Shown here: one piece after another, positions 1-13,911 of the stretch | Layout of the letters: each line of letters begins with the position of its first letter | Position numbering within the stretch: position 1 is the first letter of the stretch | DNA from: Balanoglossus misakiensis | Taxonomy: Eukaryota > Animalia > Hemichordata | Assembly: GCA_040954595.2 (NCBI GenBank) | Contig: CM082581.2 | Span: 7,400,059 to 7,464,058, forward strand | Direction of reading: 5' to 3' | Length of the DNA stretch: 64,000 nucleotides | Position numbers and translations under genes: made by a program | Notes under the pieces: generated by a model | Database searches by the model: none | Told to the model about the DNA's origin: nothing | The model's input: the letters and a program-made list of their open reading frames with translations, nothing else

Positions 1-3000
1 CTACGGAACACTTCGAGAATGAAACGAGACCAGTGTTGAGATTGCTGTGAATAGTCATTTTATATAGGTTCTTTTCACAAACAGCGTGGGTAGGGACGTC
101 GTACGAAACCCGACTCGCGGCGTGATGACGTCAAAAGCTCAGACTGAACTCCAGGGATAAACCGTAAACAGAATGACAGCTCGATGTGAACTTCATCGGA
201 GACAAAAGCTGACATTTTATGTCAAGTTGTGGAATCCGATTAACTAATGTGACAAGTTAATGTCAGAGCACCGGTGATTTTCGAAATGAGAAATGAATAA
301 TTTTCCTAAGTATATAAACTAATTCTAAACTGACAAAAGGTTTTGATATTAAATGACCTTGAAACACGAAAATTCAATCGAGTATAATGAAGATCATTTC
401 GGTGTAGGAGATGTCAAAATTCAAATTAAACAAACGCGAGAAGGGTTAACTGATGAATGCTTAGAATTCACAGCTTACAGAAAATTAAAAATATATATAT
501 ATTCTCCGCGCTGATTGTCTTCCTCTGGGCTCATTTTACTCGAGCATCGTGTGACATTCAATGTGTTTCCCGACAAACGTATTTCGCCCTGTGTAATTCG
601 AATCGTTTGCAAGGAGTCGACGGGAAACGTGTGCGAGGGGACAGCTACAGAAAAAACTTTCAGAACATTTCTGTACAAAATATTACTTACATTTCCATGT
701 GAGGTATACATTTAATTTAGATGATAGGTTTTGTGATGACGTTTTAACTAATATACAACGAATCCCCAAACGTGGACGTTACTGCACGGTCTGTTATGCC
801 AAAAAAAAACACTTGAATAAATTTAAATCCATCCGTCTTGCCCAGGAAGTTCATTAGTTGATTGGCATTTAATAGCATGATGGCGCGAAATTACAGCACT
901 TGAGCGAGATTCTTTCCGTAATGATTTGATTCGCTGGATAATGTGTGTTTTCGACTTTCCATTTCTATGCAGTCGGCTTTGCATCAACAAGACAGCTCAA
1001 TCAGACAAAGACGCGTGGCGCGACGGTGCACATGCAGTGAAAACACTTGAAACGCTGGTGACAGTCTTGTCATTCACGAATACGACCTCTACTGACTTCT
1101 TAAGCGCATGATGTCATTGACCAAGTGGTTTGCCCCGGCATAATGTTGGGTCCACTTATATTTTCTGTGTTTGCACACGAGCTCTCAAGTCTTTGCAATG
1201 GTGTCATCTCAATTCATCAATATTCCTAATGCGAATATTCTCAGATGTCCTGACATATGACGTGCTGTAATTTAATGAACGTGACACTTTAATTTGTCGC
1301 CGCCAAAAAAGCTTGATGTTTTGTCAGACGTTTAGAGTGGCAATTCTAATCAGGACTATAATCACGCATTGCACAGGTTATAATCTGCCTTGTCAAGCAG
1401 AAAGGCGTGTTGATGAAAAGTTATAATTTCCCATTAAAGCCGACATCACAGACTTAAGTTTCTGGTTATGAAACCACGCATGGCTGACGATTAATGTTTC
1501 AAGCGTTTTCTTTAACATATTTGCATTGCATTAAGCCTTTACAAATTGCAAAGAATGACATATTGACTGGTTAGTCTTCGTGAATATATATTAATAGTCC
1601 CGTATTTCATCATGGAAGATGATCTAGATTATTAAAGAATCACACAACCTTTGATTTCAGAGGAAGATTACGTCAACTTGTCAAATAATTACTATACTCA
1701 TCATGATACAACCATAGTACAGTTGGCGTATTTTGTATAAACGTATGTGTGATTCCTGTGAGTTGTGTATATACGTTTTCGTGGTAAATCTTAGACTGCT
1801 GAATAACATATGACAACCGCACAGGGATCTATGTGACCAACGGTAGGTTATAATTGCATGACGCGAGGAGGACAGATGTTCTCTGGGTTTGTGTGCATGC
1901 ACGCAGTCTGTGCACCGGGTCTATAAAATTTTATTATGTGTCCTACCTACATAATCTGAATACCACGATTGAGCTCCGAGACCTAGGCGGGGCCGCGATG
2001 CTATGCCCATGCGCAGAGCATTTTCTTATCATCGCCTCTCCCTTACCCCGGAGAGGTGGCTCTACCTCATCCTATCGTTGGACTGTTACCCTGTTGGATA
2101 GCGTACAGTATATACCTTGCAATAATTGTGTCTCGACCTCCATAAAAAGAGTTTTTTTTCATAACCTATGGAAGTGTTCTAGATCAATAAATAAAGACTA
2201 CGGTGAAATGAACACAGCACGAAGACGATACACGATAAGGAAAACTGAACATGGCCACGGGCATTACATACTAAGATTACTGCAACCCTGCATGTATCGT
2301 GTTTCACAAAGATACCCTATACATGTAAATGTTACCAGCTGAAAACCTGGACCTCCACAATCATTTCAAGCATCACCCCCTCCGCCACCCCAATCACAAG
2401 AAACGATGACTGTTTTGTCTACCGAGCTGGCACGCAAAGATCAATACGGAAGAACCAACCACACTTTCACCCTGCCTCGGCTGGGAAACCTATTAAATAA
2501 ATAAATGTCTGGCGTTTCACTGACTATTTATTTGACATTACCGATCTGTTTATCTTCGTTGGCAAATCCATTACTGGGTCTTCACATTATCGAGATGAAA
2601 TTGACAACGTTAATGGTTACATGATCCCAAAGAAAGACAGTTATATATGTATTTGGCAAAACGCGTTTATGTGTACGTATCTATTGAACAAATAAACGTC
2701 TAGGGTTTCTGAGAGAGTATATGTTTTGTTTTGGAATTGACTAGGTGACGAGCAACGGATATGTACCTTTGGCTCAACCTCAAACGAGAATATCGGGTTG
2801 AGATCTGAGTAACCGCAAATATACAGATATGTTAACGTTACCAAGTTTATTCTTGTGAAGATGGACTAATAGCTATGACCTTAATAACGTCATACAGAAA
2901 ACCTTTGCAGCCTAATACTTTAATTTACTTTCACCGGAAAAGTTAAAATATAATGTAGATTCAATTATATAGTAACGTGAATAATTTTTTTGAAAATCTC

Positions 3001-6000
3001 GACAGTTAATGAGTTGAATAAATTGCAAAATATATCTTTGAACGTCCGTTCTATTCAATATCATTCACAAATAGGTTCTAATGTATTGAAGATAATGCAT
3101 GCCACGTTGCAATTGCATTTCTTGACTGTGATAATGGTTCCGAGAATTCCCTTTTTGACATTTTTGTATCGGTACGATGACGGCCTGGGTACTTCACACG
3201 GGCGCTGACAGATTTACTCCGCGTCAAAGAACAAATTTGACGTTTGGTATTTAGATATATACAGAAAGATTCTTCAAGCACATGAATCTTTTGTACTCCG
3301 GCCACTTGTGTCCACATACATGTACCTTCTTCACAATCCACTGTCGATAATTGCTCGACAGCGGAACCACCGTCCTATCAATCGCACCACTTTTCCCCAA
3401 AATTCCGCCCACGCTATCACGCTCTACATTTCTATACCCAATGTGCACATGGCTCCCCTTGGTGTACCGACCCACATTTAGATGACACGAGAGCATTTGA
3501 GATTGGTACACTTAAAATATGAATGCATAAGAGCTGAAGAAAGCAAGATATGAAACATACATTTTCATATTAGTGCCTGCACCACGTCACTAAACTAGCA
3601 CCATGTCACTAAGCTACAATTATATCTACATACAAATATTATATGAATATGAATATTGACTGTAAGCATACACTGCCAATTCCGGTACCAGAGATGTCAA
3701 AACCACACGTTATACTCTGGCATAATGTATAGATCGACATAATTGCATCACTCTTTCTGAGTACCACGACTGAAGACAGCTAGTTAAGGTTTAAAATAGA
3801 GGTGCGCATGCCCTCGGGGGTGTAACCTACTTGTCCCTGTCTGGCCGTTCCCCGGTGCATATATGCAACAACGAACGTAAAGATGGCAGGTACCTTTACC
3901 TAATACCTTGTTCCCTAAAGCGTGAAATGCTGTTTCCTATTAGGCAACCGACTCCTCACAATAACAAGCATCGTGCATTGCTCAATTTCTATCGTTCATG
4001 TCCGGGTAAATGACGGTGTTTAGGCAGTTTGTCCATCGTGACGTCAAACGATACTCGGTCGATATTTTGATGAATCGGCGGTAATAGCGAATGGGCAATC
4101 TTGTCTCTAAACCGCTCTCCTTTACTTTGTATTTTTTTATTATTAATATTTTAATTAAGGTATCGTCACATAAAATCGCTCCGGCTCGCAACACAAGAAT
4201 TGCAACTGGCATCTAAAGGAGATTTGACTTGTTTTACCCAACCACGAAACTGATGGCTATAGTCTGACAAAATGACCGCGGCAATGTATTACAACGAAAG
4301 CAGATCAAGAAAGAGATGATGCAACGATTCCTCTTCCATGCAATATTGTATCTTGCACACCAGACGATTCAAGATAAATAGACCTCATCGGACGAAATCT
4401 TGACTAGAGACTTAATACGGGGATGGAATTCCACGTCGGTTCGTGCGTGCAGGCATTAATCACGCATGTATGAACCCATAGCATTTAAATTTAATGTAAA
4501 GATAACATACCGTGACTTCTTTACCTAGATTTTGCGACGTGAAACCGCGTTGCCGCCAATCAGCCGCTTTCTGCCGAGCATATGTATACACAGAGTCATT
4601 AATTAAATTAAACATGTCTGCATCGAATTCTGTCAAGGTCAGGTATATAGGGTGGCGTAGAATAGAAAAATCTGAACGCCAACTTGCAAGTAACGCTGCC
4701 GCCTCCCGGCCTTTTTGTGCGTCGTATCTCATTTAACCATTAGCCATTAGAATTTTATTTCAGATCTGATAGCACGTTCTTTTTGATGCAATACGATCCC
4801 ATCGTATCTCGTGAAAATGATTATAGCGTGGCTGTTGCTACAGTCACCCATTTCCTCATGTTGAGAACCAACCACCGCATGATAAGATCTTAGCACGACG
4901 ACAATGCACATGCACAGTAGTCTATGCTCACAGAATTTGTATGAACAATCGAAGACTTTGACATGGCATTTTAACCATATATGGGCATATGTAAATTAAT
5001 GGTGATTGCACCCTAAACCATAGTCTTGATTTGCTCTGTTTTCATTTCCAAATGACAAACGTCAACATTCCAATATATTCGACTGGCTCCGTTTAAAATG
5101 CGCATCTTCTTTACTACAGTACAGAAGGCTAATATACTAAAAAAGGACCAAAGCCGTTTGGAGTTTCCTTTAACGTACATGTAGTACACTTACTACATCC
5201 TGCCTGCGAGTGGTTGATGCTAAGATTATCATCTTTCACCACATGAAGAAAATACCTATAAGGTAGAATGGTTTCGCCCGGGGAACGATGAAATTAAATG
5301 ATGTCTTCGTTATTTTTTTACACACAGTGATTTATACACCGTTTGTTCTGAGTGTCCCTCTGTGCTTTATTTGAGTATTTCTTCAAGCAGCCCTGTGGGT
5401 ACTGCAGTCACGGGCACATAGGCTCTTGGCCGATGTAGGCCACGAAAACCCTACATAATTAAGTGCAGTGCATCATCGGAACTAAAAACAGAAACCCACC
5501 CCGATCACGATCCGGGCGTCACGTACAGCAGAAAGGATTAGACGGACTGTGAAAATGAATGATGGTATACAAAAAGCAAATTACATGTATCACGAAAAAG
5601 AGCGCGCCGTGTGTAGGCTTAGTCTAAGAAAAACGGAAACTTAAGACTTGACAAATAAAATTAATTGGCCATCTTACGTGAGGCAAATGCTGATGCGAAG
5701 CGGCTCGGCTATGCAGACTGGGGGTTGTTGCAACCGAAACACGAACTGCAAATATACAACTTACTATTGTCGTGGGCTTTTTATTACAAATTATATTGAG
5801 AGGACCCACCGGTATAGGAGTTCCCATTTCAATCATGTTACAATGTATTATTTTACCTGTTTACTTACTACTTTACATCTGGTTATTTTTATTCATGATG
5901 ACTGGAGGCAATTAGTTGAGCAGTAGTTCCAAAGACACATATGTGCATGTTTCCAGATGTTACACGCGACTTTAACATATCCAATTCTAAATTATTGTAT

Positions 6001-6297
6001 TATCTGTCCAAGCCATTGGAAAGGAATGATATACGAGAGTATGTATAGCCTACGGCACAAGCAAAGATACATGTAGTCGGTGTTCAGCCTGTCTGAGCCA
6101 AATCACCATCCCTATACAGCTTGATTGATTGTAACGTTGTAAGCTGGAATGATTTTAATTTAAGGCATAAAGGTTGAGAAGCCTTTTAAATAAGGTATGG
6201 AGAAGAATTAGCCGACCTTTTCAACAAGGATATACAGTTTGCATCATCGTTTATAGGCTCTACATCAAATTGCATGAGCATAACTTCCATTGTAAAT

Positions 6298-6324
6298 TAT
6301 GGTATTGTATGGTATGGTATGGTA
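6298..6324. repeat. Short (TATGG)n pentanucleotide repeat
   Basis: TATGG TATTG TATGG TATGG TATGG TA. Confidence 0.75.
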
Positions 6325-7721
6325 CAACAAGATAAAGGCTATACATTTTGTAAGGAAAGACTATCTTGCATAAACAGTACAATATAAAGGCTAACGAACT
6401 ACTATAGCATTTGCCATTACCGTGTTTTTTCGTCCGAGAAAACCTGCTATTAATACCACACTAATATCGTTGAAACAATTACGGGCACGTGTACCCATAA
6501 TGTCTTCGTGGTTTGCATCTGATTTCCTAGCGCTTTCTAATATCCCTTGCCGAGCAAAATCAATTTCCTGCCTCTCCAATGAATTACAAATACCGCGGGT
6601 AAGCTTCAGTAAACGTCTCCAAGGATTTAAGCCTCTGGCATTAAGATCAGCCTTGGTGATGAGGTGAGCGTGAAATTCTGTCTCCCTCCCTCCCCCTCCC
6701 CCTCTCTGTTCTCAATCTCTACCGTCATACACCACAACAAGTGAAACTGTCTTGCATATGAAGTATCTCCTATAACAATTTCTATATTATCCGTTATCCA
6801 ATCTTAATGGCTTTGATGCCTGTTGAGGATGTATACCCTACCCTTTGGAACATGGGATATTCTCGACCTACAGGATTACGGTGAAAAGTGCTACAAATCC
6901 TATAAATGTACTACAGTCATTTTCATTTACATTTTTCAACACTCGATAAATTTTACGAGAAAGACTAGTATTTTTCAATGTAAAGTAACGACATTACTTT
7001 CAATTAACCTACATCGGGCACCCATAGAACAGGAATCCGCAATGGCTGCCATTGCTCAGAAAATTACTATTCAACAAAGCCCTAACTACCATTCCTTTCA
7101 GCTGTTAACAGATCGCACGAGAGCCAATAAGTTCAATACTGGAACACGTCATTCGTTGCGTCCGTTCCAATGTCACAGCCGGGGCCCCAACTTCCGTATA
7201 GCAATCCGACTGGATTTAGGTCAGCTCCACCCGACCTTGTCCGATTGAATGCGTGGAAAACAAGCCCCGCCACAAAGGAAACAGACACTAAAACATATTT
7301 GACAATTTCCATGTGACATTCACAACATACGACACGTGAATCATAAATTCACCCATTGCTGTTCTCGCGCACCGTACCGTACACGTACTATATACACGTT
7401 TGTATTGTTTACATCTAACCCTTCTCTTTGGAATCACTCGAATAGATAATTCGCGGATACCGAAGTCGTCCACCGAACACACAACTGACAGCAGGCGACG
7501 ACCAAAATCACGCAAGCATGCGCAGATCAAACAAGCGATTCAGTGCTGATTCGATGGCGGAAATTGGGCACGGTATGAATTGTTCGGTCGAAAAATGCTT
7601 CTTGCTTAAAGTACTCTCTAATTTGTTAACAGTTTAACAATTCGTGGAACTGAGAACATTCGATTTTACTGTCCACTGCACCATAAGGTAGATGAACATT
7701 AGGTATAATGGCGACTGTTAA

Positions 7722-8330
7722 AGGGGAAATCCGTTGTAGCTGATTTCTACATAATTTGGTAGCTTTGATGTCACTCTTTCAGAAAAAAACATATTCGCCA
7801 TGTATAGGTCGCGCGATTTTTTACAAAATCTAGGGAAAGTTGGCAGAATTTCCAATATGGCGTTTACTGTAATTTGAATCATGGGAAAAAAAGCGCCAGG
7901 ACCAACTTCCGCCCACCATGGTGTGGGTGATACCATTCTCCGATAGGTGTCACTGGGCGACAGACTAGGCGTATTTTCATAGCTATTGTTTGTTCTTTGC
8001 ATCAGTTGATAAACAATCATCAGCAAAGTCGAAAATTTGTCATCTATTGACAGTTTTCATGAGCTATAACCCATCGAAAATATGCAAATACGCTTAGCTT
8101 GTGACGCAGTGACACCAATCGGAAAATGGTATCACCCACACTAAGGTGGGCGGAAGTTGGTCCTGGCGCTTTTTTTCCCATGATTCAAATTACAGTAAAC
8201 GCCATATTGGAACTTTCTCTAGATTTTGTAAAAAATCGCGCGACCTATACATGGCGAATATGTTTTTTTCTGAAAGAGTGACATCAAAGCTACCAAATTA
8301 TGTAGAAATCAGCTACGACGGATTTCCCCT
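7722..8330. mobile_element. Non-autonomous DNA transposon (MITE/foldback) with ~250-260-bp TIRs and TTAA target-site duplication; Kolobok-type termini
   Basis: TTAA at 7718-7721 and 8331-8334 flanks 5'-AGGGGAAATCCG...CGGATTTCCCCT-3'. Arm 7722-7981 is the near-perfect reverse complement of 8081-8330, apart from a 10-nt insertion (TGGCAGAATT, 7841-7850) and scattered substitutions. Spacer is ~100 bp and there is no transposase. TTAA TSD with purine 5' ends fits Kolobok; piggyBac ends start with CC. Confidence 0.9.
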
Positions 8331-11244
8331 TTAAGCATCGCTTGTGGAAGTAGGCCAGCAGGCGGTATCTTTCTTTGTTGACATACACGCGCCCTATGAT
8401 ACATCCCACTCCCCGAAACTATCTCCTCCTTCACAGCTAACGGTTGCACTTAGCGTTAATTAATGTTCTACCACCTGAACGTTAAGTCTACATCTTTTTA
8501 TAGTGCTATTAGCTATGTATGAGAGTCGAATACAGCACGCATACAGCGGTGATCCCATACATGTATACTGTGATCATTGAATGACGTGTGTTTCACACAA
8601 CACCTTAGAAATGTCATTTTATACGGCGATATGTACATGTAAATGGTCTCAATTTATGGATTTTTGCTAATGGCCGATCTTCCCAGTTGTGAAGATTCTT
8701 TGTTACACTTCGGTTATTTATGGACCAGAATAACCAATCAAATTTTGAATAAGAACCTCCTTGTGTAACCTTTAATATGCACATCCGTTTACTTTGTAGT
8801 GCTGATGGAAGAGGTATTGCCAATTTTTTCCGCCGATTGATTACCTCATTCTCCGGGTTCTTTCATTCGGAACATCTAATTCTCAGGTGGCAGCGTTGGT
8901 TTTGAAGAATACAACACGAAAATAGCATCATCGATGTAAATTTACATTTAGCATACGGCAGTCGATAAACGATTGCGTGACGGGTGCGCGCGCGACCCGA
9001 GTTGTTCCCGTTCCGAGGGTCGCTTTCTACAAACATGCAAGGGCAACGCTTAGCAACACGCTCTTCAAAACGCGGCGAATGTTTCCAAGCGAGCGAACAA
9101 TTATTCTGTTTAAATAAAAGCAATCTTTAAGCAATCATTGGCTGTGACGCACACATTGATATTGCGTGCTCTAATTACCCGGTTGTAACAATATTCCTTA
9201 GAGGTATAGTAGCCCATACGATTCTCGTAATAAAGGACACGATACGTCTCGGAAAGCCTTTCGAGTTCATTTCCATTTAGCCCGTGGCTTCTGTAATTGT
9301 AGGCTTTCATTCGAGTGCCAAATAATTCCGGCAACGTTCGCGCGTGTGTATCGAAATCCCCTATGTAAAAGGGAGTTTTACACTGAATGCAATATTTCCA
9401 CTTGTTCACTCTCACTCTAGCTTATTTATATAGGTTCGAAATATACACAGCTTTCCTTTTTTATCGATCTTAATTCAGAAGAAAAAAAAGTATAATTTCT
9501 TTCAGCATTTTAGTGAAGTGAGGGGGGGGGGCTTCGATCGAGCGTATTGAATTTTCTGTTCAGGTGGGAGACGTTCCTTGCGGGGAAACTTAGTGCACAG
9601 GTATCTGATTAAAACCTCCATTACATAAAGAATGGACGTAATAAAGGTGTCACTTGCTGCGCTGGGACAAAGCCGCAGCTTCAAATACCGCCCCGCAAAC
9701 ATCGATTTTTTGAGCGGATCTGGAAGAAAACTGCACAATGGGCGAACGCGAATGTACATTACCTTAAAACAGTCATTATACGCGATGTACTCTCATACGA
9801 AGCACGTGTAAATGACGTGCTGGCGTGGAAGAATGATTTTATTTCAAAGACGGTTTGTGGCACGTGATTACGCTATTGGATTAGGCATTCATTCGCGCCA
9901 GAAAAGAAAAAAGGGGGGGACGGTCGTCAGGTGATTCAATAGCGGCTTTGCCAGCATTCTTGTTGGGGTGATTGGGAACAAATCATCGTACACGACCTGT
10001 ATTGTCGGAAGCACTCAAGATCCCGGAGGTTTGCGTGCCGCGATGTGTATGGTGGTGTACACATCGATTTGGAAAAATGAAAACTCGGCTTTGATGTTTC
10101 AAAAGGAGTGGAGATTCCGTGGATTACCATGGAAGAAAAGCATTCACATCGCTTTGGAGACAATGAAAAGAATGTTTACACACCGTTTCACAAATTGATG
10201 ATCTAAGCACGAGGATTCTACCATCTATAACAGTTTACCCATATTTGGGGGGGGGGCGTTGATTTTAATCTTCAAATCACAAAATAACCTAGCCATGTTC
10301 CATTTGAGAGAGAGGGTGGGACGACGGCGTTTAATCGAATGAGATCGCCATTAAGTGCTCGGATGTCGCAATGTATAAGATTGCGCATTGTCGTGCACAG
10401 TCGAGTGTTTTCCAGTGCTGGTATTCCGCCACAAATCCTCGACGTACTTAACCGATATTTTTGTGGGGAAAAGGACATTGCAATGCGGAGATTGATACTC
10501 AAAAGACTTGAGTGCCGTGGTTTCGATGGCTATCTCTCGACGGCAGATATGTCTGCGCAACACTTGCAGATGGATGCTAAAGGATGCTACAATTCTCAGC
10601 TCAAGGCCCATTGAAAAAAAAGAGCGAAGCACACTTCTAAATTGAAGGATTTGCTTAACAGCGGTCAGACGCATTAATCGAATTATGGGGCGATTGATGG
10701 CACTCCAATCATTGGATTTCCCTCTGCCGATTAAAACTTTCGTTTCTCGTAAGCGACTGACAAAACATGCCAATTGCTCTTAAAAACCGCGTTTTCTTTA
10801 GACCTTAATTCATTCGCAGGGCGCACTTCTGGGGAAACACGTCACGTACTGCAATATTTAATGAACATATTACAATCTGGTCGATTTAAAACTGCAAATT
10901 GAAAGATTCAATTCAACTATACGTGCGTCTGCCAACACTGTAGACGGCAATGGGTGATCTACTCTAGAGTAAAACTAACCTAACACACATTTTGCCAACC
11001 AAGTACCCTGGAGTCTTTCGGTGTAGTGACGTCTTTTGTTTGACAACAAAATGTCGTTTGAATTACCTCCTGTGGACGAACGCAACGGAAGAAGACCGCC
11101 ATAATTCGCTAAAAGTAACATTTGCTATATCGGTTATAGATTTAATCACGTTCCACAACTCGGCAGACGGATCAAATGAGTTCTGACACAAGACTCATTT
11201 ACGCAGCCCTTCCATTTACCTTCAGATATTCTTTGTCACTTACA

Positions 11245-11367
11245 TAGCCTGTCGCCTATTGCGCTCGTCCACCGAGCTCCGTTCTCTCAACGGGAGGGTG
11301 ACAGCGTCAAACCGGGAAGAACGGTGATAGACTCGGAAGCAGAGTTATCGGTGTGCGCTTTCAGCTA
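11245..11367. mobile_element. Possible small degenerate hairpin/MITE remnant
   Basis: GC-rich ~120-bp island with ends TAGCCTG...CAGCTA and internal inverted pairs CCGAG/CTCGG and CCGTTCT/AGAACGG. Complementarity is patchy. Confidence 0.25.
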
Positions 11368-12324
11368 ATGTCAACGCAACAAAGCCAATGAAAGCTGTTG
11401 TGCTCGACTGACCTGGACATAGGTGAGACCACGCCAGGAAAATGACAACAAAAAGCAGCGTGGGGCAAAACAACAAACCTGAGGCAAAATAAGATGACGT
11501 ACGCTCTTTGATCAGTTTAACAGAGAAGTAACTACACGACCCGTTACTGGGGCAACCTTTTGACAATTACATTGTAGACAATAAGAATAGTATATATCAC
11601 AATATTAATCATAATATACTAATCATAATATGTATATTTATACATATGCACATACGTATGCACGCACGCATTTTTGTTTTGACTATTAGCCGACCTCGCA
11701 TGAGCAAAACTAATAAGTTTTGAAACATACATACATGTACATAATACTTGCATATACAATGTACATTACAATGTACATGCATACGCATACACCATACATA
11801 TTTTATGGAGAGTATCTATCAGTATCATGTATCTTCCCAGTCGCCCATGGAGCTTTTCTCGGACGATCATGCCGTAGTTATCTGCCACCAAGACATTTTT
11901 CACCGCGGGGCATTTACCTAGAAGATAGTACGTATTTCTGTATAGACATGCCATGGTTATTCTCAATGACGAGAAGAGCTGTTACATCGTGTTAGTTGAC
12001 AGAGCTCTGACGGGTTTCACATAGTACCCCTAGGTACAATGTACATGTATACCGTGTCAAAATGTGGTGTTCGTGCACAGTATGGCGGTGACCAATGTCA
12101 AGGCACAGTGACGCGAGTGACTGTGGTCAAGGGAAATTCTTCAAGTTGCTGTATCATGGTGAATATCCTTTGGGTTGCGTTCGGATGACTATGAAACAAG
12201 CGTAAGCAATCAAATCCAGATTGGAGTGCCCGGGGCAAGAAACTCTCGAAATAGTCCAAAAAGATTAACACAACGCAACTGGGACTTCTGCCGCTCACAC
12301 TGAAGAAACGAAAATGAACGCATA

Positions 12325-12328
<4 letters not shown>

Positions 12329-12355
<27 letters not shown>
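12329..12355. repeat. (CA)13 microsatellite
   Basis: Read directly from the sequence. Confidence 0.95.
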
Positions 12356-13911
12356 CGATTAGGGTTTAAAAACCGTGAAAATAGTGATATCATGTTTTAA
12401 TCGGGAAACCTGAAAACCTAAAAGACACATCAAATTAATGGCTTCGACAAATAAAGAATGTATCTTTAAATAACAGATATCGCTATCGCTCAGACTACAT
12501 GTAATCACGCTTGTATTTTCTCTTTCTTTCTGGCACACACTGGTGAGGCATAGGTTATACGATATGTAATGATATCAGGTATGCACATATGTAGCGCAAT
12601 CTATAGACGTAAATAGGCAAGCTGTAATCGAGGCCAAACGAACAGTGGGTCACGGTGTCTTTTGTCAAACGGGTATAGTAACTTTTACAAACCGTCAAAC
12701 GTTCTGTAAGCGACTGAAACCGTTTAGGTTACTTGATCACAGAAGTGAAAAAATGACATCAATCCTTTACGGGTTTTGGTTCAATAAAATGCAATAATCG
12801 CAAATCACGATGACTAGGGTCTCGTTGAAAACACCCCCTTCCGAGTCTGTATACCGACATTCTGGCTGGGCACTGCAGAGAATTACAGTGTACTCCGCCG
12901 TCGGTGTCTCATTCTTTTTATCACAAATTCATCGTGCCGCCACCTCTACTGAAACATATGGCTTAATCCGCTGCCCTATAATCATAAGCTATGGATAGAC
13001 AGCTAAACCGTATTTGTAAATGAACAGGCTTGATAAGAGAAACGAACGGACTGTGACGTCGACAGATTCATAGTTGCAAATGTGAAAAAAACTATAGTCC
13101 ACGATATCATATTTAACTACATGTATACGTACATACGTAAAGCAAATACTGACTTTACATTAAACCTAATTGGAATACACGAATACATCACAAAAATAAC
13201 TCATCTTTATAGAAAAAATACAGAAATTTAAAAACAATCATAAAATTTGTGTCGTTATTCGCATTGGGTGTCAATAATCTCGAGTAGCTATATTTTACCT
13301 GAAGAAAACGCATTTCTCAAAGAAAAGACACTGTGTTCAAGTTAAACGTTTAGGTCATTATAGATATTAATGAAGCTATAACCTTATTTCGAGCAAGTAT
13401 TGGTGATGACAGTCGTGTAGTTTAAAATTACCTATAGGGGGAATTCTTGTTTGCTATCAGCGATGTGAATTTTCGCAAGACCTGAATTTTTTATAGTGCT
13501 ATTAAATACAAGGTTTAAAAGAGTTTTTTAGTCTTTGATTCGATTTTGATATACTCTGACAGTGGTTTCCTTGGTCCTAGATGTACTCTGCTGAAGATAC
13601 ATGTAATTTAATACCGGTATCCATTTACCAGCTGGTTTGGAAATCTGCATAAAGCATGATCCTTAAACGCGGTAGATCACCACCAACACATCCGCAGTCT
13701 GACCGACGGCCGGCAAATACCGGGCGAGTCCATCTGTTCGATGTAAAGCCCGGGGCAAAATCGCGCCCTCGTTCCACACGAGTTTGCTGTTTGACACGCC
13801 ACCACGCTGGACCGCAGGGGGACAGACGTTGGACTTGTACGTGTAACCCCGAGGTGGTCTTCAGCCGTTCACAAGATCCTGTTTGTTCTGCGTGCATGAC
13901 AGCGATTCTAT

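Noticed and set aside
7718-8334. Two ORFs (7718-8026 minus, 8146-8334 plus) with near-identical peptides
   Set aside because: They are mirror translations of the MITE inverted repeats, not duplicated genes.
9110-9415. ORF containing YCIQCK..FYIGDF, reminiscent of GIY-YIG or APE endonuclease motifs
   Set aside because: Spacing and downstream catalytic residues do not fit and there is no adjacent RT. An HMM search would be needed to revive it.
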